Positions 19,527 through 28,955 of a DNA stretch of 47,657 nt are shown one piece after another. Origin of the DNA: Planctomycetaceae bacterium (GTDB taxonomy: Bacteria > Planctomycetota > Planctomycetia > Pirellulales > UBA1268); NCBI GenBank assembly GCA_046086245.1, contig JBJSXB010000129.1:1-47657 (forward strand), written 5' to 3'. The notes beneath the pieces were generated by a model. The model was given only the letters and a program-made list of their open reading frames with translations, searched no databases and was not told the origin of the DNA. Position numbers and translations under genes: made by a program. Each line of letters starts with the position of its first letter. Within the stretch, counting starts at the first letter, position 1.

Positions 19527-20267
19527 ATGGCAGACGGCACGTCCGATCGCACGATTCCCCCGACACCGCGACGCCGTGAAGCGGCCTGGCAGTCCGGCAC
19601 GATGCCGGGCGCGGCGGCGCCTGCCTGGGCGACCGGTTGCCTGGTCGGCGGCCTGCTGCTGCCACGCTGGTTGGAGGCGACCGCCGCGTCCGCCGCCAGC
19701 CTGCTCGAACGGACGCTGCCGGGGGCGGTGCGCGGCGACGATCCGCTTGCGTCGCTGCCGGCCATCGCCGCGCTGGTGTGGCCCACGGTGGCGCTGGGCG
19801 CCGCCGCCTTGGCCACGTCGGTGGCGGTGCGGGTCGCGTGTGACGGCCTTCGTTGGTCCGCCGCGCGGACCGCGTTCGACCTCCGCCGACTCGATCCCTT
19901 CGCCGGGATCGCGCGGATCGTCGCCGGCGCCACGATCGTCCGCATCCTCGGCGGCGCGCTGGGGGTGTTGGTGATCGGGGCAACGACGCTGTGGGCGTGC
20001 GCCGACCTCCTCACCACCCTCGCCGGCGATGCGGGCCGCTCCACCGCCGCGAGTGTCGCGGCCGGGGGGAGGATGCTCCTGCCGGTCGCGACCGTCACCT
20101 GGCTGGTCGCCGTGACGGGCTGGGGTTGGGTCCGCCGCCGCGCCGAACGCCGCCTGTGGATGACGCCGGAGGAGTTCGCCGCCGAGCGGCGCGCGGCGGA
20201 AAAGGACCCGCGGATCCGCTTCGAGCCCCGCCAACCGTCTCCTGCTCAGACGGCGGGAGGACGGTAA
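19527..20267 (+). CDS. flhB: FlhB membrane domain only (C-terminally truncated, no NPTH)
   Basis: N-terminal RTIPPTPRRREAA, central 'DLRRLDPF-x-G-x-x-RI' and linker 'LWMTPEEF...EKDPRIR', then a stop. Confidence 0.8.
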   Translation: MADGTSDRTIPPTPRRREAAWQSGTMPGAAAPAWATGCLVGGLLLPRWLEATAASAASLLERTLPGAVRGDDPLASLPAIAALVWPTVALGAAALATSVAVRVACDGLRWSAARTAFDLRRLDPFAGIARIVAGATIVRILGGALGVLVIGATTLWACADLLTTLAGDAGRSTAASVAAGGRMLLPVATVTWLVAVTGWGWVRRRAERRLWMTPEEFAAERRAAEKDPRIRFEPRQPSPAQTAGGR

Positions 20268-21448
20268 CCGTACCGTTCGATGAATCCGCGCCACCGGCGG
20301 CTCACCTCGGTGACGATCCGCGGGTCGTGCCGGTAGGTATTGGTGCGGTATCCGCTGGTCGTGGCGAGCTGCGCCTCGAGCCGGGGGCGGAGCGAGGAAA
20401 AACCCTCGAGCCCGAGCGCCGCATACGCCCTCCCGAGCGTGCCGACCGGATCCGCCACCAAGTCCTCGTAGCGCACCTCGTGGAGAACGCCGCTCGGCAG
20501 CCGCGTCCGGTCGCGTTCGAAGGCGGTGTACATCTCGTCGAAGGCGTTGAACACGTACTCCTCGAGGGTGGTCTCAGGGTCGATCTGCAATCCCTGCGTG
20601 TGGTGCATCGATCGCCAGAGCCGCGTCGTCGATGGGAACACGACGTACGGGTCGCGGACGATGTGGAGGAATCGCGCCCCGGGAAACATCGCCGCCAACA
20701 CCGCCATTCGCGCGGTGTGCGGCGGGCTTTTGAGGATCGGTCGGCGCGGATCGCGCACCGCCAGGGCGGCGAGGAACGAACGCATCGCCCGCTCCCACCG
20801 CCCGCGGTCGGCCGGTGACAACGCCTCGATGTCGAGCGCCTGGGGCCGGGGCGGGCTCGTCGCCGGAAACGCCATGCGCCGGTAGGGGGACGGGGCGCCG
20901 AGATTGGCGAGGGCGAATTCGTCCTCTTGGGGCCGGTCGGGCCCGGCGGTGACGTCGTCCATCGGACGCTTCGCCGGGGTCAGCACGGCGACCAGCGGCG
21001 TGAGGAACCACTCGGTGACGAGGAAGTGGGACGGCGTCATGCACTGCAGCGTGGTCGGACAGCAGAAGCGCTCGTCGAGCATCAGCATCTCGTGCAGCAA
21101 CGTCGTACCGCTGCGCCAGTGTCCGATGATGAACAGCGGCGGCGGCGTGACGGGCGGCTGTTCGAGTCGCCGACCGTTGACCAGCGTGTTGACGGCGGCG
21201 GCGACGGAGTTGAACAGGGTGACGATACTGATCGTCGTGAACAGGCCGAGGCGGCTCGGGGCGACACGGCAGCGATGCTCGGCGACGAGCCCGCTCCAGA
21301 CCGACAGCGTCATGCCGTGCCAGAAGCGCGGCGTCCACACGGGATAGGGATGAAACGGCTTGTCGGCGGAGCGGTTCCCGTCCGGCCGCCCCGGTCCGCC
21401 CGCCTCGCCCGGTCCACCGCCGCTCATGCCTGTATCCTCTTCCACCAT
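20246..21448 (-). CDS. PAPS-dependent sulfotransferase family protein
   Basis: PLFIIGHWRSGTTLLH (5'-PSB loop), LKSPPH, RDPY-x-x-x-x-S (3'-PB) and RYEDLV motifs. The start may be 21427. Confidence 0.9.
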   Translation of the reverse strand: MVEEDTGMSGGGPGEAGGPGRPDGNRSADKPFHPYPVWTPRFWHGMTLSVWSGLVAEHRCRVAPSRLGLFTTISIVTLFNSVAAAVNTLVNGRRLEQPPVTPPPLFIIGHWRSGTTLLHEMLMLDERFCCPTTLQCMTPSHFLVTEWFLTPLVAVLTPAKRPMDDVTAGPDRPQEDEFALANLGAPSPYRRMAFPATSPPRPQALDIEALSPADRGRWERAMRSFLAALAVRDPRRPILKSPPHTARMAVLAAMFPGARFLHIVRDPYVVFPSTTRLWRSMHHTQGLQIDPETTLEEYVFNAFDEMYTAFERDRTRLPSGVLHEVRYEDLVADPVGTLGRAYAALGLEGFSSLRPRLEAQLATTSGYRTNTYRHDPRIVTEVSRRWRGFIERYGYRPPAV

Positions 21449-21487
21449 TGGTGCATCCCGATCCTAGCGGACCGCAACGCACCGTGG

Positions 21488-22120
21488 TCAGCGGACCGTC
21501 TCCACGGTGCCTTCGGCGACCCGGGCGGGCGGGCCGTTTGGACCACCGTCGTCGAGCATCGCCACCAGCGCCGTGATCGAGGGTCTCCCGACCGACTCGC
21601 GGCGCGTCCGTCCCTGTCGATCGACGACGATCATCGTCGGAAAGGCGTCGACACCGAACCGGCGGCAGACGTCCGCCTCCCGGTCGGCGTCCACCGCGGC
21701 GCAGACGTAGCGGCGTGACAACGCCACGACCCGGGCGTCGAGCAGCGTGCGCTGTACCAGCAGCCCCGAGTGGCGGCACCAGTTCGCCTTGAACACCAGC
21801 AGCAGCGGCCGGCTTTCCGCCCGTGCAAGCCGCACTCCGGCCTCGTAGCCCTCGACGAGGTCCACCGTCGCCGGGCGCGGCTCGGCGGTCCCGGCGATCC
21901 GTGGCCGGACTGCGGCCGCCCGTTCGAGCATCGCGGCCACCCGGGCGACCCGCATCCTCGGGCGCGTCGCCAGTCCGACTTCGTCGCGAACCTCGCAGCC
22001 GGCGCCGACGATCATCGCCAGCCCGACGGCCGACCACGCCCGGACGGCGCGCGGCACTCCGGCCGCATCGACGCGGCGCACGGACGGGATCGGCACCGAC
22101 GGAAAAGCGGCGGACGACAT
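21488..22120 (-). CDS. Thioredoxin-like protein with CxxS, probably exported
   Basis: RPLLLVFKANWCRHS and FGVDAFPT (cis-Pro); hydrophobic stretch ending in GAGC. Confidence 0.8.
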   Translation of the reverse strand: MSSAAFPSVPIPSVRRVDAAGVPRAVRAWSAVGLAMIVGAGCEVRDEVGLATRPRMRVARVAAMLERAAAVRPRIAGTAEPRPATVDLVEGYEAGVRLARAESRPLLLVFKANWCRHSGLLVQRTLLDARVVALSRRYVCAAVDADREADVCRRFGVDAFPTMIVVDRQGRTRRESVGRPSITALVAMLDDGGPNGPPARVAEGTVETVR

Positions 22121-22276
22121 CGGGCGCCGGTGGTACGGACGCGGTCACGACCCCGCAAGAGCACGTCCGACGACCGGCAAGCTGGGCAACCTGCGGCGGC
22201 GTCGGAGCGATTGTCGCCGGACGCCGGGCCCGCTACCCTCCCGCGGCACCTGGCGGGCAACGGGAGAACTGGTCGC

Positions 22277-23080
22277 GTGAGGCTGCTGTGCGGAGTTGCC
22301 CTCGTCGTCGCGATGCTCGGCGGCTGCCGGTTCCTGCCGCGAAGCGGCCCGGCTCCGGCGGACGTCGCCCAGGCACGGCGACTGGCCAACGAGGGGCTCA
22401 GCGCCGCCGACCGCGACGCCTTCGCCGAGGCCGCGGCGCTTCTCGACCGTGCCGTCCGCAGCTGCCCCGCCGACGTCGAGGCGCGACGGCATTACGCCGA
22501 AGTGCTGTGGAAACAGGGGGAGCGACTCGCCGCGATCGAACAGATCTCCACCGCGCTGGGCCAGAGCCCAAGCGATCCCGACCTGTGCGTCTGCGCCGCG
22601 CGGATGTATCTCGAGATGGGGCTCCTCGACGACGCCGATCGCCTCGCCGGCGAGGCGACGCGCCTCGCCGGCGGCTCCGCCTCCGCCTGGCACGTGCACG
22701 GCCAGGTCGCGCTCGCCCGCGGGCAGGAGCGCGACGCGCTCGCCGATTTTCACCGCGGCCTCGCTCTTGCACCCGACGACCGCCCGCTGCTGCTCGACAC
22801 CGCCACGGTGTACCGGCGTCTGGGAAAGCCGCAGCGTTTGCTCGCCACGCTCGCGGTCCTCGGCGAGACCTATGGAACCGATCGCGTACCCGCCGACGTG
22901 CTCGTCATGGAGGGGATGGCCCAGGAATCGCTGGGGCGAACCGCCGACGCGATCGCCAGCTACCGCCGTGCGGTCGAGGCCGAGGGTGCGCCAGAAGCGG
23001 TCCGTCGGCTCGCGGCGCTCACCGGCCCGGCACCGGCGGCCGTGGCGGTGTCACCCGACCAGCAGGGCGTTGCCCGCTGA
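22277..23080 (+). CDS. TPR-repeat lipoprotein
   Basis: LGGC lipobox followed by tandem TPR-like helices (A...P...). The GTG start is inferred. Confidence 0.75.
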   Translation: MRLLCGVALVVAMLGGCRFLPRSGPAPADVAQARRLANEGLSAADRDAFAEAAALLDRAVRSCPADVEARRHYAEVLWKQGERLAAIEQISTALGQSPSDPDLCVCAARMYLEMGLLDDADRLAGEATRLAGGSASAWHVHGQVALARGQERDALADFHRGLALAPDDRPLLLDTATVYRRLGKPQRLLATLAVLGETYGTDRVPADVLVMEGMAQESLGRTADAIASYRRAVEAEGAPEAVRRLAALTGPAPAAVAVSPDQQGVAR

Positions 23081-23122
23081 AACGGTCCGGGGGGCAGCCA
23101 CCGCTCCCGACAGGGTGCGGTG

Positions 23123-24796
23123 TCAGTCGGCCGCGGTCGTCCGGCCGGTCAAGAGGTCGAAGGCGCCGATCGCCGGCACGAGCAGCGCCGCCGTGGCGAA
23201 CCCGTAGGCGACGAGCACCACGAGCAAGACCTGCAGGCTGTTGCCCTGGAGGAATCCCGTGATTGCCACGAACGTCAACGCCGGCAGCAGGGCCGACGCC
23301 CAGGCGATCGCGGGCGACGGATTGCGTGCCGAGAGCGCCGCGTAGAGGCCGATCGCGCCACCGACGATCACCGCGAGGAACGGTGCCAATTGGAGTTCGA
23401 AGCTGGAGCCGAACGCCACCATGATCCGCATCGCGGTCGCGACACCGATGAACAAGAAGGCGACGGTGCCGAGCGCCACCGCGATCGCCTGCCGCGAAGC
23501 GGAATAGGACAGACCGACGTGGAAGCCGAGCACGGCGGCGAAGAACAACAGCGCGGCCATGCCGATCGCGAGGTAGATGCCGTTCTCGACCGTGGCGATG
23601 CCGGAGGCCACCAGCACGACGCACAGCAGCAGTGGCAGCAGCACGATTTCCCGCGCCACCACCAGCACGCCCAGCAGTTTGCCCCAGACGAACTCGGCCG
23701 GCTCCAGATCGCTCACCAGGAGCAGGTCGAGGGCGCCGCGGTCGCGCTCGTTGGTGATGCTCGTCACCGCGAGTGCCGCCACCGCCACGAGGCTCGCCAG
23801 CGCCATCGGCACCACCGCCAGCGCCACGGCCAGCCGGTCGGGACGGGTCGCCGTCGCCTCGCGGACGATCCCGGCGACCGCGGCGGCGAACAGGACCAGC
23901 CACGCCAGCCGCACCAGGACGATCATCCGCCCGTAGGCCCGCGTGCAGATCTCGCGCCACAGGATCGGATTCCGCCACACACGACGGGCCGGACGAAAAC
24001 CAGCCGCCGCCTCGTCGGCCGTGTGCGGTCGGCGCACCTCCCGGGCCACGTTCCACCGACGCACGAAGGCGACCGCCACCGCGTTGGCTACGACGATGAT
24101 CAGGGCACAGATGCCCAGGAACGGGGACAGCGTGCGGCCTCCTTCCGGCGCGAGTGCGGCGAACACGGCCCGAGCGGGTGAGACCGCGGCGCCGACTGCC
24201 GCGCCGCGCGTGGCGGCGAGCGTCTCGCCGACCGCGATCCACGTGGCGAGGAGGAAGAGGGTGATCGCCAGCGTCTGGAACGTGGTGTCTTTCCAGAAAG
24301 CGACCGTGGTGGCGATGCTCGCCGCCGCGAGGGCCGCGGCGAGCGTCACGACGAACAACCGCACCAACTGCAGGCTGGTGACGCCGCCGAACAGCGCGGC
24401 GATCGCGAACAACGGCACCGCAGCCACCAGGAGGAGCACCACGCGGACGAGACTGCCCGCGAGTTTCCCGAGTACCAACTCCCGGTCGGTGAGCCGGCTG
24501 ACGAGCAGCAATTCGAGCGTCCGGCGGTCCTTCTCCACGCTCACCGCCACGGCGCCGGCGAGGGCGGCGGCGAGCACCGCCAGCGACAACTGGAGCGGAG
24601 CGAGGATGCGCAGCAGCGTGGCGCCGAAACGGGCGGTATCGCCGGCGGTGGCCACCGATTGCGTGCCGGTGACCACCAGCCAACAGGTGGCGATGATCGC
24701 CAGCAGCGCTCCGCCGTACACGGCGCGGGCGACGAACCATCCCCGCGCCCGCGAGGCGTACGACACCTCCCTCTCGAACACCGCACCGAGCAGCAT
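23123..24796 (-). CDS. ABC-2 type permease with two permease repeats
   Basis: Two 'E-(K/R)-D-R-x-x-L-(E/D)-LLLVS-x-L...GKL' repeats and an NPILWRE linker. No ATPase gene is adjacent. Confidence 0.85.
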   Translation of the reverse strand: MLLGAVFEREVSYASRARGWFVARAVYGGALLAIIATCWLVVTGTQSVATAGDTARFGATLLRILAPLQLSLAVLAAALAGAVAVSVEKDRRTLELLLVSRLTDRELVLGKLAGSLVRVVLLLVAAVPLFAIAALFGGVTSLQLVRLFVVTLAAALAAASIATTVAFWKDTTFQTLAITLFLLATWIAVGETLAATRGAAVGAAVSPARAVFAALAPEGGRTLSPFLGICALIIVVANAVAVAFVRRWNVAREVRRPHTADEAAAGFRPARRVWRNPILWREICTRAYGRMIVLVRLAWLVLFAAAVAGIVREATATRPDRLAVALAVVPMALASLVAVAALAVTSITNERDRGALDLLLVSDLEPAEFVWGKLLGVLVVAREIVLLPLLLCVVLVASGIATVENGIYLAIGMAALLFFAAVLGFHVGLSYSASRQAIAVALGTVAFLFIGVATAMRIMVAFGSSFELQLAPFLAVIVGGAIGLYAALSARNPSPAIAWASALLPALTFVAITGFLQGNSLQVLLVVLVAYGFATAALLVPAIGAFDLLTGRTTAAD

Positions 24797-24966
24797 CCCG
24801 GGTCTCCCTGCGGACGGATACCTCCGCCCGTGGCCGGAGGCTATCACAAACCGGCCGACGCGGCCCGGGCCGGTCGGCGGGCCGCCATCGCGGGTCGCGC
24901 GTGGAGGCTTGAGGCGGTGCGGGGAGCGTGTATCGTGAAGCCTTCGACGCCGAAACCCAGCAGGAG

Positions 24967-26400
24967 ATGCCCACCATGTCCCGACGTCGTCCGACCGGCC
25001 CGACCCGCGCCGCCGGCCCCGCGCGAATCGTGCGTGTGGCCCCCTTGGTACTGCTGGCGATCGGCCTCGGGTCGTTCGCGGCCGTCGCCCCGCCACGGGC
25101 GGCGTTCGCGCAGGGGGTGCCGACCGCGCAGATGCTCATCGGCAAGGCGGTGTCCGACGACGATCAGGCCGGCGAAGTGACCAATGCCATCGGCCGCTTC
25201 ATGGCCAGCGACTTCGATGGTTGCCGGGCGACGCTCGAGCGGGTGCGTTCCGCCAATCCGAAGCTGCCGCCGACGGGTGTGATGATGTCGATGCTCTGGA
25301 TGAACGTGAATCGGATCGCCGAGGCCCGCGCCGAGTTGGAGGACACCACCCTCAAGTTCCCCGCCGATCCCGAGCCGTTCCTGATGCTCGGCGACCTCGC
25401 CTTCCAGGATCGGCGGATCACCGAATCGAACCTGCTGTTCAACCAAGCCACCGAACTGACCAAGGCGTTCACCGAGAATCCGAAGCGCAAGCGCGATTTC
25501 GAGATTCGTTGCAACGCCGGCATGGCGGCGGTCGCCGAGGCGCGGCGCCAATGGGACGCGGCCCGGAAGCACATCGAGGCTTGGATGGCCCTCGATCCCG
25601 ACAACGCCAGCGCCCGCCAACGGCTCGGGATCGTGCTGTTCCAACTCGGCGAGGAGGACAAGGCTCTGGAACAGTTCCGCGAGTCGAAGAAGCTCGACCC
25701 GAAGTCGCTGCAGCCGGAGTTGTGGATGGCCCGGCTCTACAGCGACGCCAAGAAGCGCGACGTGGCCCGCAAACAGATCGAGGCGGCGGTGAAGGCCGCC
25801 CCCGGCGACGTCGGCGTGCTCCTCGGCGCCGCGGAGTGGTATCTCGCCCAGAACGATCTCGACGCGGCCAAGACGAACGCCGAAGCCGCGCTCGCCGCCG
25901 ACGAGAAGAACCTCGCCGCCAAGCTGCTCCGTGGCACCGTCGCCCGCGTGGCCCGCGACTACCGCACCGCCGAGCGCTTTCTCAACGAGGCCCACGTTCA
26001 GTCGCCGGGCAATTTTCCCGCCTCCAACTCGCTGGCCCTGGTCCTCATCGAGTCGGAGGAGAAGGAGTCGCGGCAGCGGGCCTTGGAGATGGCCGAGGCC
26101 AACGTCGCGATGTACCGTGACAACGGGGCGATCACCCCCAACGCGCTGACGACGCTGGCCTGGATCTACTACCGTCTCGGGCGCCGCGACGACGCGGAGA
26201 AGGTGCTGGCGCGCGTCACCCAAGGCAACTCCCTGCCGACCGACGGCGCCTACTATCTCGCCAAGGTCCTCTCCGACCGGGGCGACAACGACAAGGCGCG
26301 GGCGATCCTCGAGCAGGTTCTCGGGGGGGACGCGTTCTTCTCGACACGGGCCGACGCGGTCGATCTTCTCGACAAGATCAAGTCGGGCGCCGCCAAGTGA
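24967..26400 (+). CDS. Exported TPR-repeat protein
   Basis: Signal peptide (AAFAQ), multiple TPR-like repeats, CAGGAG RBS. The start may be 24976. Confidence 0.85.
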   Translation: MPTMSRRRPTGPTRAAGPARIVRVAPLVLLAIGLGSFAAVAPPRAAFAQGVPTAQMLIGKAVSDDDQAGEVTNAIGRFMASDFDGCRATLERVRSANPKLPPTGVMMSMLWMNVNRIAEARAELEDTTLKFPADPEPFLMLGDLAFQDRRITESNLLFNQATELTKAFTENPKRKRDFEIRCNAGMAAVAEARRQWDAARKHIEAWMALDPDNASARQRLGIVLFQLGEEDKALEQFRESKKLDPKSLQPELWMARLYSDAKKRDVARKQIEAAVKAAPGDVGVLLGAAEWYLAQNDLDAAKTNAEAALAADEKNLAAKLLRGTVARVARDYRTAERFLNEAHVQSPGNFPASNSLALVLIESEEKESRQRALEMAEANVAMYRDNGAITPNALTTLAWIYYRLGRRDDAEKVLARVTQGNSLPTDGAYYLAKVLSDRGDNDKARAILEQVLGGDAFFSTRADAVDLLDKIKSGAAK

Positions 26401-26427
26401 CCGGGGCGGTCCGGCCGACCGGATCGG

Positions 26428-26982
26428 TCAGCGGGCCGCGTCGCGCGGGGCGGTGAATCCCCCCCAGGAACCGGTCGCGGGGGGATCGAAGAACGGCTCG
26501 GGCACCGAATCCGGTGCCGGAGGCACGAAGGGCCCGTCGGGGGGCGCCGCGCCGCGGCGCTGTTCGATCGCGCCGCGCGGGCCCGACCAGTCGCCACCCC
26601 CCATGGAGCCGGGCAGACCGTCGGACGGGACGGTATTCCGTGGAAACACCCCGCCGCGCGTCCCCGGCGTCATACCCGGGCCCGGCGCACCGGGAGCCCC
26701 GGGCGGAAACGGCCGCACCGGCCGCCCGGCCGCGGTACGCGTGGAAGGCGTCCGCCATCCCCGCCGGGCGCGGATGCGATCACTGCGGAGCGGGATGCCC
26801 GGATAGGCCTCGATCGGCACCTCGAGGCTCGGTAGCCCGATCCGGCTGCCGTCGCCGAAGAAAGTGAACATCTCGATCGCCTCGGCGTGTCCTGCGGCGA
26901 GGATCGCCGCCGCCACCACCAGGGCTCGGGTCGGACCGGCGGCGATCCGGGGATGAACGCGGGTGGCGATCGGACGGGGCAT
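26428..26982 (-). CDS. Hypothetical exported Pro/Gly/Arg-rich protein
   Basis: Signal-like 'ALVVAAAILAAGHAEA', then a short ordered segment IEMFTFFGDGSRIGLPSLEVPI and a low-complexity tail. Confidence 0.5.
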   Translation of the reverse strand: MPRPIATRVHPRIAAGPTRALVVAAAILAAGHAEAIEMFTFFGDGSRIGLPSLEVPIEAYPGIPLRSDRIRARRGWRTPSTRTAAGRPVRPFPPGAPGAPGPGMTPGTRGGVFPRNTVPSDGLPGSMGGGDWSGPRGAIEQRRGAAPPDGPFVPPAPDSVPEPFFDPPATGSWGGFTAPRDAAR

Positions 26983-27202
26983 GGACACGACTCCGGGCAT
27001 GCCAGGGGATCCGACCGGCACGGGCGGCCGACGGTGTCGGCGATCCGACACGATGTGCATCGGCCCGCGGACGGTCGCGGTTCCGCCGGAGGTGTTGCAC
27101 GCGGTATCACCCGTACCACCGCTACGCAGCGCGCTTCCCGGACCGGCGCCCGGTCAGCGGGTAGCCTGAGGTCGGACTTCCACGTGTGACGGGGCCGCGG
27201 AG

Positions 27203-28156
27203 ATGGACCAGGAGACGCTGCTCGGGGTCGGCGCCGGTGTGGTCGTCGCCGGATCGGGGCTCGCCGCTGCGATCCGTGTCCGTGACACCACCGCCGTGCC
27301 GGCGGCGTGGTGGGTGGTCATCGCCGGGGTCGCGTTGGCGGCGGAACGCTGGGCGGCGGCGGGAACCGACGACGCGGCGACGCTCGCCTGCCGCCGACTG
27401 GTGGTCGTCGCGCTGGTGGTCTGTCCCGGACTCGCGCTGTTGGGCGCGAAACGGCCTCAGCACGGGGTCTGGCAGACGATCGTCGCAACGCTCGCGGTGG
27501 TCCTGATGGCGCCGGCGTTGACCGCCTCCCTCGTGCGCCCCGGATCCCTTCCGGACGTGCATCTGCTCTCGAAGGTGTTGGTGACGGCACTGGTGCTGGT
27601 GGGCTGGCTCAATCACGCGGCGACGCGCCGCGGGCTGGCGGCGGCGGCGATCGCCGTGGGCCAACTTCTTTTCGCGCGCCCGTTTCTGCCGGGGGGCGAT
27701 GTCGCCTCGATCGCCGACGATCGCTGGGCGCTCGCCGGCGCGATGGTCGCCGCCGTGGGCAGTGCCCTTGCCGCGCTGTGGCCCGCCCGCGTCCGGCCGC
27801 CGCGCATCGCCCCGTCGCCGGCGCCACCGTCGGATAGCGCCGGCGTGGCGACGATGATCGACCCGGCGTGGCGTGCCTTTCGCGACACCTTCGGCGCGGC
27901 GTGGGCCCTCCGTGTCGCCGAACGGTTCGACGCGACCGCCCGCGACCGCGGCTGGCCGTGTCGCCTGGGGTGGCGGGGAATCACGGTCGCCGAACCGGCG
28001 GAGACGACGCGCGCCGGCACCACCGCGTGGCCGCGCGAGGCCCGGCGGACGCTCGTCGCCCTCCTGCGGAGGTTCGTCGGCAGCGCCTGGCTGACGCGCC
28101 ACGGCATGGACGGCGCAGCCGGCGGGGCGGGCACACCGCGTCAGCGACGGGGCTGA
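27203..28156 (+). CDS. Hypothetical multi-pass membrane protein
   Basis: About 7 hydrophobic segments; LGAKRP and W-x-x-FRD-x-FG-x-x-W-x-x-RV-x-ERF stretches look conserved; GGAG RBS. Confidence 0.7.
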   Translation: MDQETLLGVGAGVVVAGSGLAAAIRVRDTTAVPAAWWVVIAGVALAAERWAAAGTDDAATLACRRLVVVALVVCPGLALLGAKRPQHGVWQTIVATLAVVLMAPALTASLVRPGSLPDVHLLSKVLVTALVLVGWLNHAATRRGLAAAAIAVGQLLFARPFLPGGDVASIADDRWALAGAMVAAVGSALAALWPARVRPPRIAPSPAPPSDSAGVATMIDPAWRAFRDTFGAAWALRVAERFDATARDRGWPCRLGWRGITVAEPAETTRAGTTAWPREARRTLVALLRRFVGSAWLTRHGMDGAAGGAGTPRQRRG

Positions 28157-28290
28157 TGGCCCGGCATCACCACCAACGGTACACTCCGGGGTCCGTACAG
28201 GGGTGCAGAAGACAGGGCATGCCGGGACTCGGCGGCGGGTCTTTCCACCTTCGATCGACCCGTTCGTCTCTTTTCTACGCTGGAGCCATC

Positions 28291-28629
28291 ATGTCCGAAG
28301 AACCCCGCGTCGTCCCCGCCGCACGTCCCGCCGGCGAGCCCATGCCCGTACCGGTCGACGAATCGCACATCGTCGCGACCTACGCCAACTTCTGCCGCGT
28401 CACCGGCACTCCCGAGGAACTGATCGTCGATTTCGGCCTCAACAAGCAGGTGGCTGGCACGGCCCCGTAAACGATCCAACTCACGCAGCGGATTATCGTC
28501 AACTTCTTCACTGCCAAGCGGCTCGCTTATGCGCTGCACATGGCCGTACAACGCTACGAACAGGCCTTCGGCGTCCTCGAAACCGACGTGCAGCGTCGCG
28601 TCGTCCATCAGCAGTCGACGAAAGCCTGA
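28291..28629 (+). pseudogene. DUF3467-family gene interrupted by a single in-frame TAA (28468-28470)
   Basis: YANFCRVTGTPEELIVDFGLN precedes the stop. The same frame continues TIQLTQRIIVNFFTAKRL...YEQAFGVLETDVQRR to TGA 28629. Confidence 0.85.
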
Positions 28630-28955
28630 CTCCATCCCCGCGGCGTAGCAGCTTCCGCCCGGGTGCCCCACCGCACCCGGCGGAGGTGGCTCGCGGGGAG
28701 CCGATGTGTCGGCCACGAGCCCGACCGGCACGAGCCCGACCGCCACGCGGTCGGAACGGGGCTCGCGATACGCCACCATCACGCACCCCCACAACAGGGG
28801 GACCGCACAGTCGCTGCCCTGCGACGTAGTATGGGCGTCCGGTGGTGCTCGATCGTCGGTGGCCGCCGCCGCCTTCGGCTCGCGGTCACCATGGGGCACC
28901 GCCACGCTCCGGCCCGGTGCTCGGCACGCTTTCCCGAACAGGGTCCGAGGATCCG

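Noticed and set aside
15438-20267. Calling the cassette an injectisome (non-flagellar T3SS)
   Set aside because: A FliO-like gene, a FliP signal peptide and a two-TM FliF-like protein indicate flagellar ancestry. No secretin, needle, SctV or SctN is present.
28468-28470. Selenocysteine, pyrrolysine or an alternative genetic code at the DUF3467 stop
   Set aside because: The codon is TAA, not TGA or TAG, and TAA terminates other genes here (flhB, subtilase).
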